Positions 18,854-26,863 of a DNA stretch of 64,000 bases are shown here, one piece after another. This stretch comes from an uncultured Eubacteriales bacterium (GTDB lineage: Bacteria > Acidobacteriota > Aminicenantia > Aminicenantales > Saccharicenantaceae): positions 118,577-182,576 of the forward strand of contig CAZGJS010000002.1 in assembly GCA_964525875.1 (NCBI GenBank). The letters run 5' to 3'. Both the position numbers and the translations under genes were made by a program. The notes beneath the pieces were generated by a model. It was not told the origin of the DNA and ran no database searches. It saw only the letters and a list, made by a program, of their open reading frames with translations. The stretch's first letter is position 1. Each line of letters begins with the position of its first letter.

Positions 18854-18964
18854 GGGTTTCGGCCGTCCGCAGACGGAAGGGAAAACCGATCGTTTCCCTT
18901 AAAAAGTAAAGTTTATTTTAGCACAAACCGGCCAAAATTCAAGGAAAAGGAATATAATGAGCCC

Positions 18965-19825
18965 GTGCGAGCGCGCTCCCGCAGCCTTCTCGAGATCCAC
19001 CTGGCCGTCTTCCTGTTCGGCTTCCCGGGGCTCTTCGGGAAGTGGCTCGCCCTCTCCCCTCCCGTCATTGTTTTTGGCCGGGTCCTTTTTGCTTCCCTGG
19101 CGCTTTTCGCGGTCCTGGGCTTCGGGCGGCGTTCGTTCCGGATCGTCCCGCGGCGGGACCTGGTCCTCCTTGCCGTCTGCGGGCTCGCCCTGGCCGCCCA
19201 CTGGACGATGTTCTTCAAGGCCGTCCAGGTCTCCTCGGTGGCCGTCGGCCTCCTCGCTTATGCGAGCTTCCCGGTTTTCACGGTCTTCCTGGAACCGCTT
19301 CTGACGAGGGAACGCTGGGATCCGGCCAGCCTCGGCTACGCCTTCCTCTGCGTCCTGGGCCTATACCTGATCATCCCGGGCTTCGACCCTTCCGACGCCA
19401 TCGTTCGCGGCGTCCTCTGGGGGCTTGGGTCGGGACTGACATTTTCCATACTGTCGATCCTCAACCGGGTCCTGGCCTCGCGGCAATCGAGCCTGGCCGT
19501 GGCTTTCTACCAGGACCTCTTCGCCGCCATCTTCCTGGTCCCGGCCGTCGTCCGGGCCGACTTCGCACTATCGCTTCGGGACTGGGGGCTCATTGCCGTA
19601 CTCGGCGTTCTCTTCACGGCTGGGGCCCATACCCTGTTCATCGACGGAATGAGGGAGGTCCGGGCCAGGACGGCGAGCATCCTGAGCTCGCTCGAGCCGG
19701 TTTACGGCATCCTCCTCGCCCTGCTCTTCCTTAAAGAAAGCCCCTCCCTGAGAACGGTCTCGGGAGGGGCTGTCGTTCTGGCTGCCGCGCTCGTGGCCAC
19801 GGTCCGGGCGCGGCGGACGTCCTAG
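18965..19825 (+). CDS. EamA/DMT family transporter
   Basis: This is the C-terminal, real part of long ORF 17672..19825. It has about 10 TM helices. It starts at a GTG about 10 nt after AGGAA. The upstream 430 aa of that ORF are antisense to dnaX and rejected. Confidence 0.7.
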   Translation: MRARSRSLLEIHLAVFLFGFPGLFGKWLALSPPVIVFGRVLFASLALFAVLGFGRRSFRIVPRRDLVLLAVCGLALAAHWTMFFKAVQVSSVAVGLLAYASFPVFTVFLEPLLTRERWDPASLGYAFLCVLGLYLIIPGFDPSDAIVRGVLWGLGSGLTFSILSILNRVLASRQSSLAVAFYQDLFAAIFLVPAVVRADFALSLRDWGLIAVLGVLFTAGAHTLFIDGMREVRARTASILSSLEPVYGILLALLFLKESPSLRTVSGGAVVLAAALVATVRARRTS

Positions 19826-20994
19826 TTCTTGTCGATCTTCTTCCTGACCGGCGCTTTCTTCGTCTTCGCTTCCTCCGCCTTCTGCCGCTCCGTCATCTCG
19901 GCCTTCTCTTCTTCGTGTTTTTTCTTCAGCTCGGCGATCTTAGACTTGACTTGGCCGTCCACCTTCTGCTTCTCGGCCGGGTTTTGGATCTTCGCCTTTT
20001 CGTCATCGGCCTTGCGCCGAATCTCGTTGACCTCGGACTCCTGGCTCTCCTTCATGAGCGTCGCTTCCTGGTCGTGGGCTTGCCGCAGCGCGGTGCTCTC
20101 GGCGCGGGGAACACGGCGGAAAATACTGACACCCTGCTCGTTGTCGACCTGTTCCGCGGCCCTTTCCTGATCGATGACCTGCTTCGGCTTGGACGCTTCG
20201 TTTCGGGAGACTTTGGGTTTGTAGATGATCACGTCGTTGCCCTCGACCCGTTCTTCTCCCGCCCGCGACGCTTCTTTCAGCGCGTACTTGTCGACGGTGC
20301 TGTTGGTCCACCGGCGGACCTGGTCGACATCCACGCCGTCATTGACCACCCTGTTGTCGCGAACGTTGACGTTGACGTTGATGATGGTATTGTTGATGAT
20401 GGTGACGTTCCTCTCGACCGGCAGGATCCAGTGGTCGAGCGACCGGTCCATGAAATCACGGCCGCGGACGAAATTCCAGTGGTGACCGGGGATGTTCCAA
20501 TCGCGCCTGCCGAAACCGCGTCCGGGGTGGAAGTCCACGCCGGGCGGAAGAGGCGCCCATCCGATATGCGTGTCACCCCATCTCCAAGCCACCCAGGCCG
20601 GGCCCCAAACGACGTCGGGGACCCAGAACCAGCCCATCCGCCGGTCCCAACCCCAACGGCCGTAATGATAGGCGATCCAGCCCCAGCGCTCGAGGGAAAC
20701 CCACGTCCACCCGTAATCCGTCCAGGCCCAGTGCCCCCTCGAATAGGGACGCCACTTGTAGCCTACGTCCCGGGGGATCCAGACGTAACCAAAAGGAGAA
20801 TTGGACACCCAAATTCCATACGGCTGAAGCTGGTCATAAAAGTACGAGGTGTCCAGGTCGCCGTAAGGGGCCCTGTCGGCCTGGTACGGGTTTTCTTGAG
20901 GCGGTCTCGGCTGGGATTCGTCGTAGGGAACGTAGACTAAACAGCCCGCGCTCATCAGAATGACGAGAATCAGGAAGCCCAGGATCTTTTTCAT
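19822..20994 (-). CDS. Trp-rich repeat lipoprotein with Lys/Glu-rich C-terminal tail, unknown function
   Basis: Lipoprotein signal (LILVILMSAGC) with AGGAGG 7 nt upstream. Residues about 60-150 carry degenerate repeats: GYVWIP, GYKWRP, GHWAWTDYGWTWV, GWIAYHYGRWGW, MGWFWVP, WGPAWVAWRWG. A middle Asn/Val-rich segment is followed by a charged K/E-rich C-terminus. Confidence 0.6.
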   Translation of the reverse strand: MKKILGFLILVILMSAGCLVYVPYDESQPRPPQENPYQADRAPYGDLDTSYFYDQLQPYGIWVSNSPFGYVWIPRDVGYKWRPYSRGHWAWTDYGWTWVSLERWGWIAYHYGRWGWDRRMGWFWVPDVVWGPAWVAWRWGDTHIGWAPLPPGVDFHPGRGFGRRDWNIPGHHWNFVRGRDFMDRSLDHWILPVERNVTIINNTIINVNVNVRDNRVVNDGVDVDQVRRWTNSTVDKYALKEASRAGEERVEGNDVIIYKPKVSRNEASKPKQVIDQERAAEQVDNEQGVSIFRRVPRAESTALRQAHDQEATLMKESQESEVNEIRRKADDEKAKIQNPAEKQKVDGQVKSKIAELKKKHEEEKAEMTERQKAEEAKTKKAPVRKKIDKN

Positions 20995-21103
20995 CTCGCT
21001 CCTCCTAAACCGCTAATTTGCAAGGAATATGCCAAAACACATTTCAGGCTGCTCAAAAGGCCTTGGAGAGCCCGTTTGTCCTAAAAAATGGACAACGTCG
21101 CCC

Positions 21104-21126
21104 CCGAAAACCGGATTTTCCGGTTC
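21104..21126 (-). terminator. weak hairpin plus short U-run downstream of rocD
   Basis: Minus-strand AACCGG-AAAAT-CCGGTT followed by TTCGG. The stem is short and the U-tract only 4 nt. Confidence 0.25.
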
Positions 21127-21149
21127 CCGGCATTATACGGTCGCCCGGC

Positions 21150-22385
21150 TCAGGCCAGCCTCTTGAAGACGGTCTTGATGCGCTTGAGGGCCCAGTTGAG
21201 ATCCTTCTCCCGGATGATGAGCGGAGGCGCCAAGCGGATGACGTTGTCGTGGGTTTCCTTGCAGAGGAGGCCTTCCTTCATCAGCTCCTCGCAGAATCGC
21301 CGGGCGCCCCCGGCCCCCGGATGAAGCTCGATGCCGATGAGAAGCCCGCGGCCGCGGACCTCCCTGATGTGCCGGCTGCGGACCTTGCGCAGCTTTTCCA
21401 TGAAGGACCGGCCACGCTCGGCCGCGTTCTCGACGAGCTTCTCCTCCCGGATGACGCGCAGGCTTTCCCGGGCCACGGCGCAGCCGAGGGGGTTTCCCCC
21501 GAAGGTCGAGCCGTGCTCGCCGGGCTTGAAGACGCCGAGGATCTCCCGGTCGGCCAGGACCGCGGAAATGGGGTAGCAGCCTCCGCCCAAGGACTTGCCG
21601 ATGACGACCATGTCGGGCCTCACGTCCTCGAATTCACAAGCGAACAGCTTGCCCACCCGGCCGAGACCGGTCTGGATCTCGTCGGCGATGAAGAGGACGT
21701 TGTTTCTCTTGCAGATCTCGGCGGCTCTCTTGAGGAACCCGGCGGGGGGGATGAGGATCCCCGCTTCGGCCTGGATCGGTTCGACGATGAAGGCGGCCGT
21801 GTTAGGGGTGATGGCCTTCTCCAAAGCATCCGCGTCGCCGAAGGGGACGATGGTGAAACCCGGCGTGAAGGGGCCGAAATCCTTGCGGTAGAGGGGTTCG
21901 GTCGAGAAACTGATGACCGTGACAGTACGGCCATGGAAGTTGTTGGCGCAGGCGATGATCTCGGCCCTGTCCTGGGGAACGCCCTTGGTCACATAAGCCC
22001 ACTTGCGCGCCGTCTTGACGGCGGTTTCGACGGCTTCGGCCCCTGAATTCATGGGCAGGACCATGGAGTAGCCGGTCATTTCGCAAAGTTCCTTGGCCAG
22101 CATCGGCCACTGGTCGTTGCGGAACGCCCGGGAGGTCAGGGTCAGCTTGCGGGTCTGTTCGACGAGAGCCCGGACGATCCGGGGATGGCGGTGGCCCTGA
22201 TTGACGGCGGAGTAGGCGCTCAGGCAATCGAGGTACTTGCGGCCTTCGACGTCATACATCCAGATCCCCTGGGCTTTGGCGATAACGACATCGAGCGGAT
22301 GGTAGTTGTGGGCCCCGTAGAGGTCTTCCACCACGATGAGGTCTTTGCTGTCCATGTCATGTCTCCTTAAGGTTTTTTCTACCAC
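21150..22385 (-). CDS. rocD: ornithine--oxo-acid aminotransferase (class III PLP aminotransferase)
   Basis: 411 aa with DLYGAHNYHPLDVV, the OAT N-terminal signature. Also FIADEIQTGLGRVGK and GKSLGGG, with the PLP lysine region. Confidence 0.85.
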   Translation of the reverse strand: MVEKTLRRHDMDSKDLIVVEDLYGAHNYHPLDVVIAKAQGIWMYDVEGRKYLDCLSAYSAVNQGHRHPRIVRALVEQTRKLTLTSRAFRNDQWPMLAKELCEMTGYSMVLPMNSGAEAVETAVKTARKWAYVTKGVPQDRAEIIACANNFHGRTVTVISFSTEPLYRKDFGPFTPGFTIVPFGDADALEKAITPNTAAFIVEPIQAEAGILIPPAGFLKRAAEICKRNNVLFIADEIQTGLGRVGKLFACEFEDVRPDMVVIGKSLGGGCYPISAVLADREILGVFKPGEHGSTFGGNPLGCAVARESLRVIREEKLVENAAERGRSFMEKLRKVRSRHIREVRGRGLLIGIELHPGAGGARRFCEELMKEGLLCKETHDNVIRLAPPLIIREKDLNWALKRIKTVFKRLA

Positions 22386-22406
22386 TTATTCTTGTCGCCG
22401 CGTGAA

Positions 22407-22498
<92 letters not shown>

Positions 22499-22618
22499 GT
22501 TCCTCCGATCCAAAGGTCAGCGGGCCCGGATATCGATAACGTTATCAAAAAAACTTAGATTGGTCAACGCACCATGCGGTCAGCTGCAGAGGCGCCTCAG
22601 GAATCTCCTCCGTCCGCT

Positions 22619-22698
22619 GCGGTGATTTCATACGCCTTCCCGGTCCGGATCCGATGGGAGGTCGCCGCGTATCCGTCCCGGGAAGACTAAATCACCGC
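22619..22698 (-). repeat. 80-nt nested inverted-repeat (long hairpin) element in the tRNA-Ser spacer
   Basis: Outer stem GCGGTGATTT/AAATCACCGC (10 bp), middle stem CTTCCCGG/CCGGGAAG (8 bp), inner stem CGGAT/ATCCG around GGGAGGTCGCCGCG. Strand is assigned only by the flanking minus-strand tRNAs. Confidence 0.4.
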
Positions 22699-22755
22699 TT
22701 TATGCTCCCTCCGGTGATCCCCTCGGCCCCGGATTCAGTTGGGCGATGGGTACCT

Positions 22756-22908
22756 CTAGAACGGCGGACGGTAGATGTTGATGATGTCTTTGAGGAGGGC
22801 GGCCGCGGCGCCGCGCGGGCTGGACCTCCCGCCCGTCACCGTCACCGTGCCTATGGAGTCGGTGAGGAAGGTGATGCCCTTTTCCGTCCCGTTGACATGG
22901 GCGAGCTT
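22756..22908 (-). pseudogene. short gene remnant (about 50 codons, no usable start) between the two tRNA-Ser genes
   Basis: Minus-strand frame KLAHVNGTEKGITFLTDSIGTVTVTGGRSSPRGAAAALLKDIINIYRPPF* reads like a protein C-terminus. A TAA lies immediately upstream and there is no ATG. Confidence 0.25.
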
Positions 22909-22948
22909 TTATTTTCCATGAGGACGACCCCTCAAGGCCGGATTTTCA

Positions 22949-23040
22949 TGGCGGAGAGGGCGGGATTCGAACCCGCGATCCCAATCGCTCGAGATAACGG
23001 TTTTCGAGACCGTCGCCTTCAACCACTCGGCCACCTCTCC
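22949..23040 (-). tRNA. tRNA-Ser (anticodon CGA)
   Basis: Reverse complement GGAGAGGTGGCCGAGTGGTTGAAGGCGACGGTCTCGAAAACCGT...CGCGGGTTCGAATCCCGCCCTCTCCGCCA. Anticodon loop CTCGAAA, long variable arm. The 3' 29 nt are identical to the other tRNA-Ser. Confidence 0.9.
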
Positions 23041-23084
23041 GCAATAACGGGACACGAGAAGAGCCAAGATTATAGCCGAAATCC

Positions 23085-23534
23085 CTATTTCTTTCTACGG
23101 GCGCGGAAGAAGTCGCGGAGGAGCTTGGCGCACTCGTCGGCGAGGACGCCGCCGACGATTTCGGGCCGGTGATTGGTCCGCTCGAAGGGGAACTTCATGA
23201 TCGAGGAAACGGCGCCGGCCTTTGGATCGAGCGCGCCGAAGACCAGGCGGCGGATGCGGGCTTGGACGAGGGCGCCAAGGCACATCGCGCAAGGTTCGAC
23301 CGTCACGTAGATGTCACAGTCCGGGAGGCGGTAGTTCCCTGCCTTCCGGCAGGCGCTTCGAAGGGCGACGATTTCGGCGTGGGCCGTGGGGTCGGAGCTC
23401 TTGACAGGCTTGTTCGAACCGCGGGAGACGATGCGGCCGTCCCGGACGACGACGGCGCCAATTGGGACCTCTCCTGCCGTCGCGGCCTTGGCCGCTTCTT
23501 GAAGGGCCGTTTTCATGAAAACGACGTCGTCCAT
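23085..23534 (-). CDS. tadA: tRNA-specific adenosine deaminase
   Basis: 149 aa with a CDA zinc motif HAEIVAL ... PCAMCLGAL and typical TadA length. It lies 45 nt upstream of tRNA-Ser(CGA). Confidence 0.9.
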   Translation of the reverse strand: MDDVVFMKTALQEAAKAATAGEVPIGAVVVRDGRIVSRGSNKPVKSSDPTAHAEIVALRSACRKAGNYRLPDCDIYVTVEPCAMCLGALVQARIRRLVFGALDPKAGAVSSIMKFPFERTNHRPEIVGGVLADECAKLLRDFFRARRKK

Positions 23535-23671
23535 CGCAGCGTGATTCTACTTGGAAAAGTTCTTCCTGGCAATCAACCCATTCGACTCCTCGAATCCGTC
23601 CTCGTGGAAATCCACAAGATTCCCCTGTCCGGGCTCGAGTCGTGCCTCTCGCGATTGACTTAGCCGATTTG

Positions 23672-23680
23672 TGTTATAAT
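23672..23680 (+). promoter_or_regulatory. extended -10 promoter element (TGTTATAAT) upstream of hflK
   Basis: TGnTATAAT match in the 200-bp divergent intergenic region between tadA and hflK. TTGACT lies 14 nt upstream, which is too close for a canonical -35. Confidence 0.4.
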
Positions 23681-23737
23681 TAGGGTCAGCCAACCCGGAT
23701 TCGCGCCGGGAAGTGCATCCTTTCAAGGGAGGTCGAC

Positions 23738-24718
23738 ATGCCCTATGACTTTCAATCCATCCCGCGGCCCGAATGGCCGAAAATCCCGCCCAAGGTCGTG
23801 AAGGGGGTCCTCCTGGGACTCGCCGCAATCACTCTCCTCTGGGGGACCTTCTACCAGGTCAGCCCCGAGGAGATGGGCGTCATCCTCCGTTTCGGCAAGT
23901 TCGTAAGGTCTTCCGAGCCGGGCCTTCACATGAAGCTCCCCCTGGGGATCGAACGGCTGACCCGTGTCCCGGTTCAGCGTCAGCTCAAGGAAGAGTTCGG
24001 CTTCCGGACCGTCCGGTCGGGTATCCAGTCCGAGTTCATCACCACCGCCGAAACCCAGGGCGAATCGGTGATGCTCACCGGCGACCTCAACGTCGTCGAC
24101 GCCGAGTGGGTCGTCCAGTTCAAGATCCGGGACCCGTATCTCTTCCTGTTCAAGATGCGGGAAGCCAGGGCGACCTTCCGCAACATGACCGAGGCCGTCG
24201 TCCGGCGCGTCGTCGGCGACAGCGCCGTCGATGAGGTCATCACCGTCGGCCGGACCCGCATCGCCGATGAAGCCAAATCCCTCCTCCAGCAGCTCTGCGA
24301 CTCCTACGAGATCGGCATCGAAGTCAACCAGCTCATCTTCCAGGACGTCAACCCGCCCGAAACCGTCAAGCCCTCATTCAACGACGTCAACGAGGCCCTC
24401 CAGGAGAAAGAGAAGAAGATCAACGAATCCTGGGCCGAGTACAACCAGGTGATCCCCAGGGCGTCGGGCGAGGCCGAGCAGGTGCTTCGCGGCGCCGAGG
24501 GATACGCCACGGAAAGGGTCAACAACGCCGCCGGCGACGCCAGCCGGTTCTCTGCGGTTTACAGAGAATACGCCAAGGCTCCCGCGGTCACCCGAAAACG
24601 GCTTTACCTCGAGGCCCTCAACGACATCCTGCCTAAGATCACAAAAAAAATCGTCGTCGACCAGAACCAGAGGAATGTCCTGCCCCTCCTGAACCTGGGC
24701 GAGGAGGTGAAGAAGTGA
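23738..24718 (+). CDS. hflK: protease modulator HflK (SPFH/band-7)
   Basis: N-terminal TM then an SPFH domain (VSPEEMGVILRFGKFV...). Followed by overlapping hflC. Confidence 0.85.
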   Translation: MPYDFQSIPRPEWPKIPPKVVKGVLLGLAAITLLWGTFYQVSPEEMGVILRFGKFVRSSEPGLHMKLPLGIERLTRVPVQRQLKEEFGFRTVRSGIQSEFITTAETQGESVMLTGDLNVVDAEWVVQFKIRDPYLFLFKMREARATFRNMTEAVVRRVVGDSAVDEVITVGRTRIADEAKSLLQQLCDSYEIGIEVNQLIFQDVNPPETVKPSFNDVNEALQEKEKKINESWAEYNQVIPRASGEAEQVLRGAEGYATERVNNAAGDASRFSAVYREYAKAPAVTRKRLYLEALNDILPKITKKIVVDQNQRNVLPLLNLGEEVKK

Positions 24719-25665
24719 ACACCAAGAACACGACCCTCATCGTCGTCATCATCGGGGCGCTTCTCCTCGGGCTCCTCGTCCTCCTGGACGCCGTCTATGT
24801 CGTTTCCGAAACGGACCAGGTCATCGTCACCCAGTTCGGCGAGCCGAAGGGCGGGGCGGTCACGACCGCCGGCCTGCATTTCAAAATTCCGTTCATCCAG
24901 AAAACCCACTTCTTCGACAAGCGCTGGCTCGAATGGGACGGCGACCCCAACCAGATCCCGACCAAGGACAAGAAGTACATCTGGATCGACACCTATTGCC
25001 GCTGGAGGATCAGCAACCCCCTGGTTTTCTTCCAGCGTGTCCGGGATGAGCGGGGCGCCCACAGCCGCCTCGACGACATCGTCGACGGCGAGACCCGCAA
25101 CACCATCGCCAACTACGATCTCATCGAGATCATCCGGAGTTCGAATCGCGCCTTCGAGCTGACCGAGGACGCCGCGCTGCTCGATTTCTCCGAGGTCGTC
25201 GGCAAGATCGGTACGGGCCGCGACAAGCTGTCCAAGATCATCCTCGAGAACGCTGCCAAGATCACCCAAGAGTTCGGCGTCGAGCTCAAGGACGTCCAGG
25301 TCAAGCGCGTGAACTACGTCGACGAAGTCCAGCGGAAGGTCTTCGACAGGATGATAGCCGAGCGGAAGAGGATCGCCTCCAAGTACAGATCGGAGGGCGA
25401 TGGCAAGAGCGCCGAGATCAGCGGCCAGAAGGAGCGGGAGCTGAAGCGGATCGTCTCCGAGGCCTACCGGAAAGCCCAGGAGATCAAGGGCAAGGCCGAC
25501 GCCGAGGCGACCAAGATCTACGCTCAGGCCTACAACCTCGACCCCGAGTTCTACCAGTTCCTCAAAACCCTCGAAACCTACCGGGCGGCGCTTGAAAAGG
25601 ACACCTGGCTCATCCTGTCGACGGACAGCGAGTTCTTTAAATACTTGAAAAGCGCGGGTCGATAG
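24715..25665 (+). CDS. hflC: protease modulator HflC (SPFH/band-7)
   Basis: N-terminal TM plus SPFH domain (VVSETDQVIVTQFGEPKG). The start overlaps the hflK stop (GTGA). Confidence 0.85.
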   Translation: MNTKNTTLIVVIIGALLLGLLVLLDAVYVVSETDQVIVTQFGEPKGGAVTTAGLHFKIPFIQKTHFFDKRWLEWDGDPNQIPTKDKKYIWIDTYCRWRISNPLVFFQRVRDERGAHSRLDDIVDGETRNTIANYDLIEIIRSSNRAFELTEDAALLDFSEVVGKIGTGRDKLSKIILENAAKITQEFGVELKDVQVKRVNYVDEVQRKVFDRMIAERKRIASKYRSEGDGKSAEISGQKERELKRIVSEAYRKAQEIKGKADAEATKIYAQAYNLDPEFYQFLKTLETYRAALEKDTWLILSTDSEFFKYLKSAGR

Positions 25666-25684
25666 GGCTGGGAACGTCCGCCGT

Positions 25685-26767
25685 TCAGGATTTTCCGGCC
25701 AGGAAGCTGACGATCTTCTCCCGGTTGGGGAAGAGGGCCGGCGTTCCGCCCGTGTGGAGGAAGACGATCCTGTCCGTCTTCTTGAAAAAGCCCGTCCTGA
25801 CGAGGTCGATAAAGCCCATCATGGCCTTGGCCGTGTAGACCGGGTCGAGGACGATGCCTTCCGTCTGGAAGACCAGCCGGATCGTTTCGGCTACTCCCTT
25901 GTCGACGACGCCGTAGCCTTCACCCAGATACTCGTCGAAGACGACGACGTCCTCCGGCCTGACGTCCAGGCCGAGCCCGAGCGCTTCATCCGTGGCCCGG
26001 GCTATTTCGAGCACGTCGTCGGCGAAAGGCCCCTTCGGGTCGGAAACGCTGATGCCGATGACCCGACAGCCGTCGGTGAGGGCCCGGGCGCCGACGACGA
26101 GCCCCGCCTGCGTCCCGCCGGACCCGGTGGAATGGACGACATAATCGGGCTCAGCCCCGCCTGCCCTCATCTCGTCCACGAGTTCGGCAAAGGCGGCGAC
26201 ATAGCTCACCCCGCCCAGGGGCTTGTCCATGTCGCCACGGACAAGGGACCCTCCCACGGGCACGAGGTAGGGGCGGTGTCCCTGTCCCTTGACTTCCCTG
26301 GCCGCTTCTTCGAGGACGGACATCGCCTGGGCCGACTTGACGACTTTGCCTTTCTCCGCCTCCAGGATGCGGATATCGGCGCCGAGGATGACGTCGAGGA
26401 GCAGGTTGCCGTCGACCGCCGCCGGCAGGGCGTGGGTCTTGAAAAGGACGAGCACCGGCTTGATGCCGAAGGTCCGGGCGGCCGCCGCGGTCTGCATGCA
26501 CCAATTGGACTGGAGGCTGCCCCAGGTGATGACAACATCGGCCCTTTTTTCGAGCATGTCCCGGATGATGAATTCGAGCTTGCGTGATTTATTTCCTCCG
26601 AAAGCGAGGCCCGTCAAGTCGTCGCGCTTGATATAGATCTCCGGACCGCCGAGACGGGCGGTCAACCGCTCGAGCTTCCGCAGCGGTGTCGGGCGGTGGA
26701 TGAGGTCGACCCGGGGGAAGCGGCCGACCCGGCCGAGGACATCGTGGGTCTTGTAGGGCATGATCAC
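25685..26767 (-). CDS. PLP-dependent ACC deaminase / D-cysteine desulfhydrase family enzyme
   Basis: IKRDDLTGLAFGGNKSRKLEF (PLP-lysine motif of the fold-type II ACCD/DcyD family). 360 aa. Confidence 0.75.
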   Translation of the reverse strand: MIMPYKTHDVLGRVGRFPRVDLIHRPTPLRKLERLTARLGGPEIYIKRDDLTGLAFGGNKSRKLEFIIRDMLEKRADVVITWGSLQSNWCMQTAAAARTFGIKPVLVLFKTHALPAAVDGNLLLDVILGADIRILEAEKGKVVKSAQAMSVLEEAAREVKGQGHRPYLVPVGGSLVRGDMDKPLGGVSYVAAFAELVDEMRAGGAEPDYVVHSTGSGGTQAGLVVGARALTDGCRVIGISVSDPKGPFADDVLEIARATDEALGLGLDVRPEDVVVFDEYLGEGYGVVDKGVAETIRLVFQTEGIVLDPVYTAKAMMGFIDLVRTGFFKKTDRIVFLHTGGTPALFPNREKIVSFLAGKS

Positions 26768-26863
26768 GCCTCCGGAAAGCAGGGTAGCATGAACGGGGCA
26801 GGAAAAAAAGTGCCGCCCCCCCTTATGGAGGGGACGGCCCGTTGAAAGTGGTTTGTTTTAGGC

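Noticed and set aside
17672-18964. N-terminal 430 codons of the 717-aa ORF 17672..19825.
   Set aside because: This part is antisense to dnaX and low-complexity. Only the C-terminal EamA transporter portion (from about 18965) is real.
22500-22950. Possibility that the tRNA spacer encodes SRP RNA, 6S RNA or tmRNA.
   Set aside because: No GGAAGCAGCCAAGG-type SRP domain IV, no tmRNA tRNA-like/tag region, and the length and shape do not fit 6S. It is kept only as an unclassified hairpin.
22654-23172. 172-aa plus-strand ORF.
   Set aside because: It spans tRNA-Ser(CGA) and the tRNA spacer and overlaps tadA antisense, so it is not coding.
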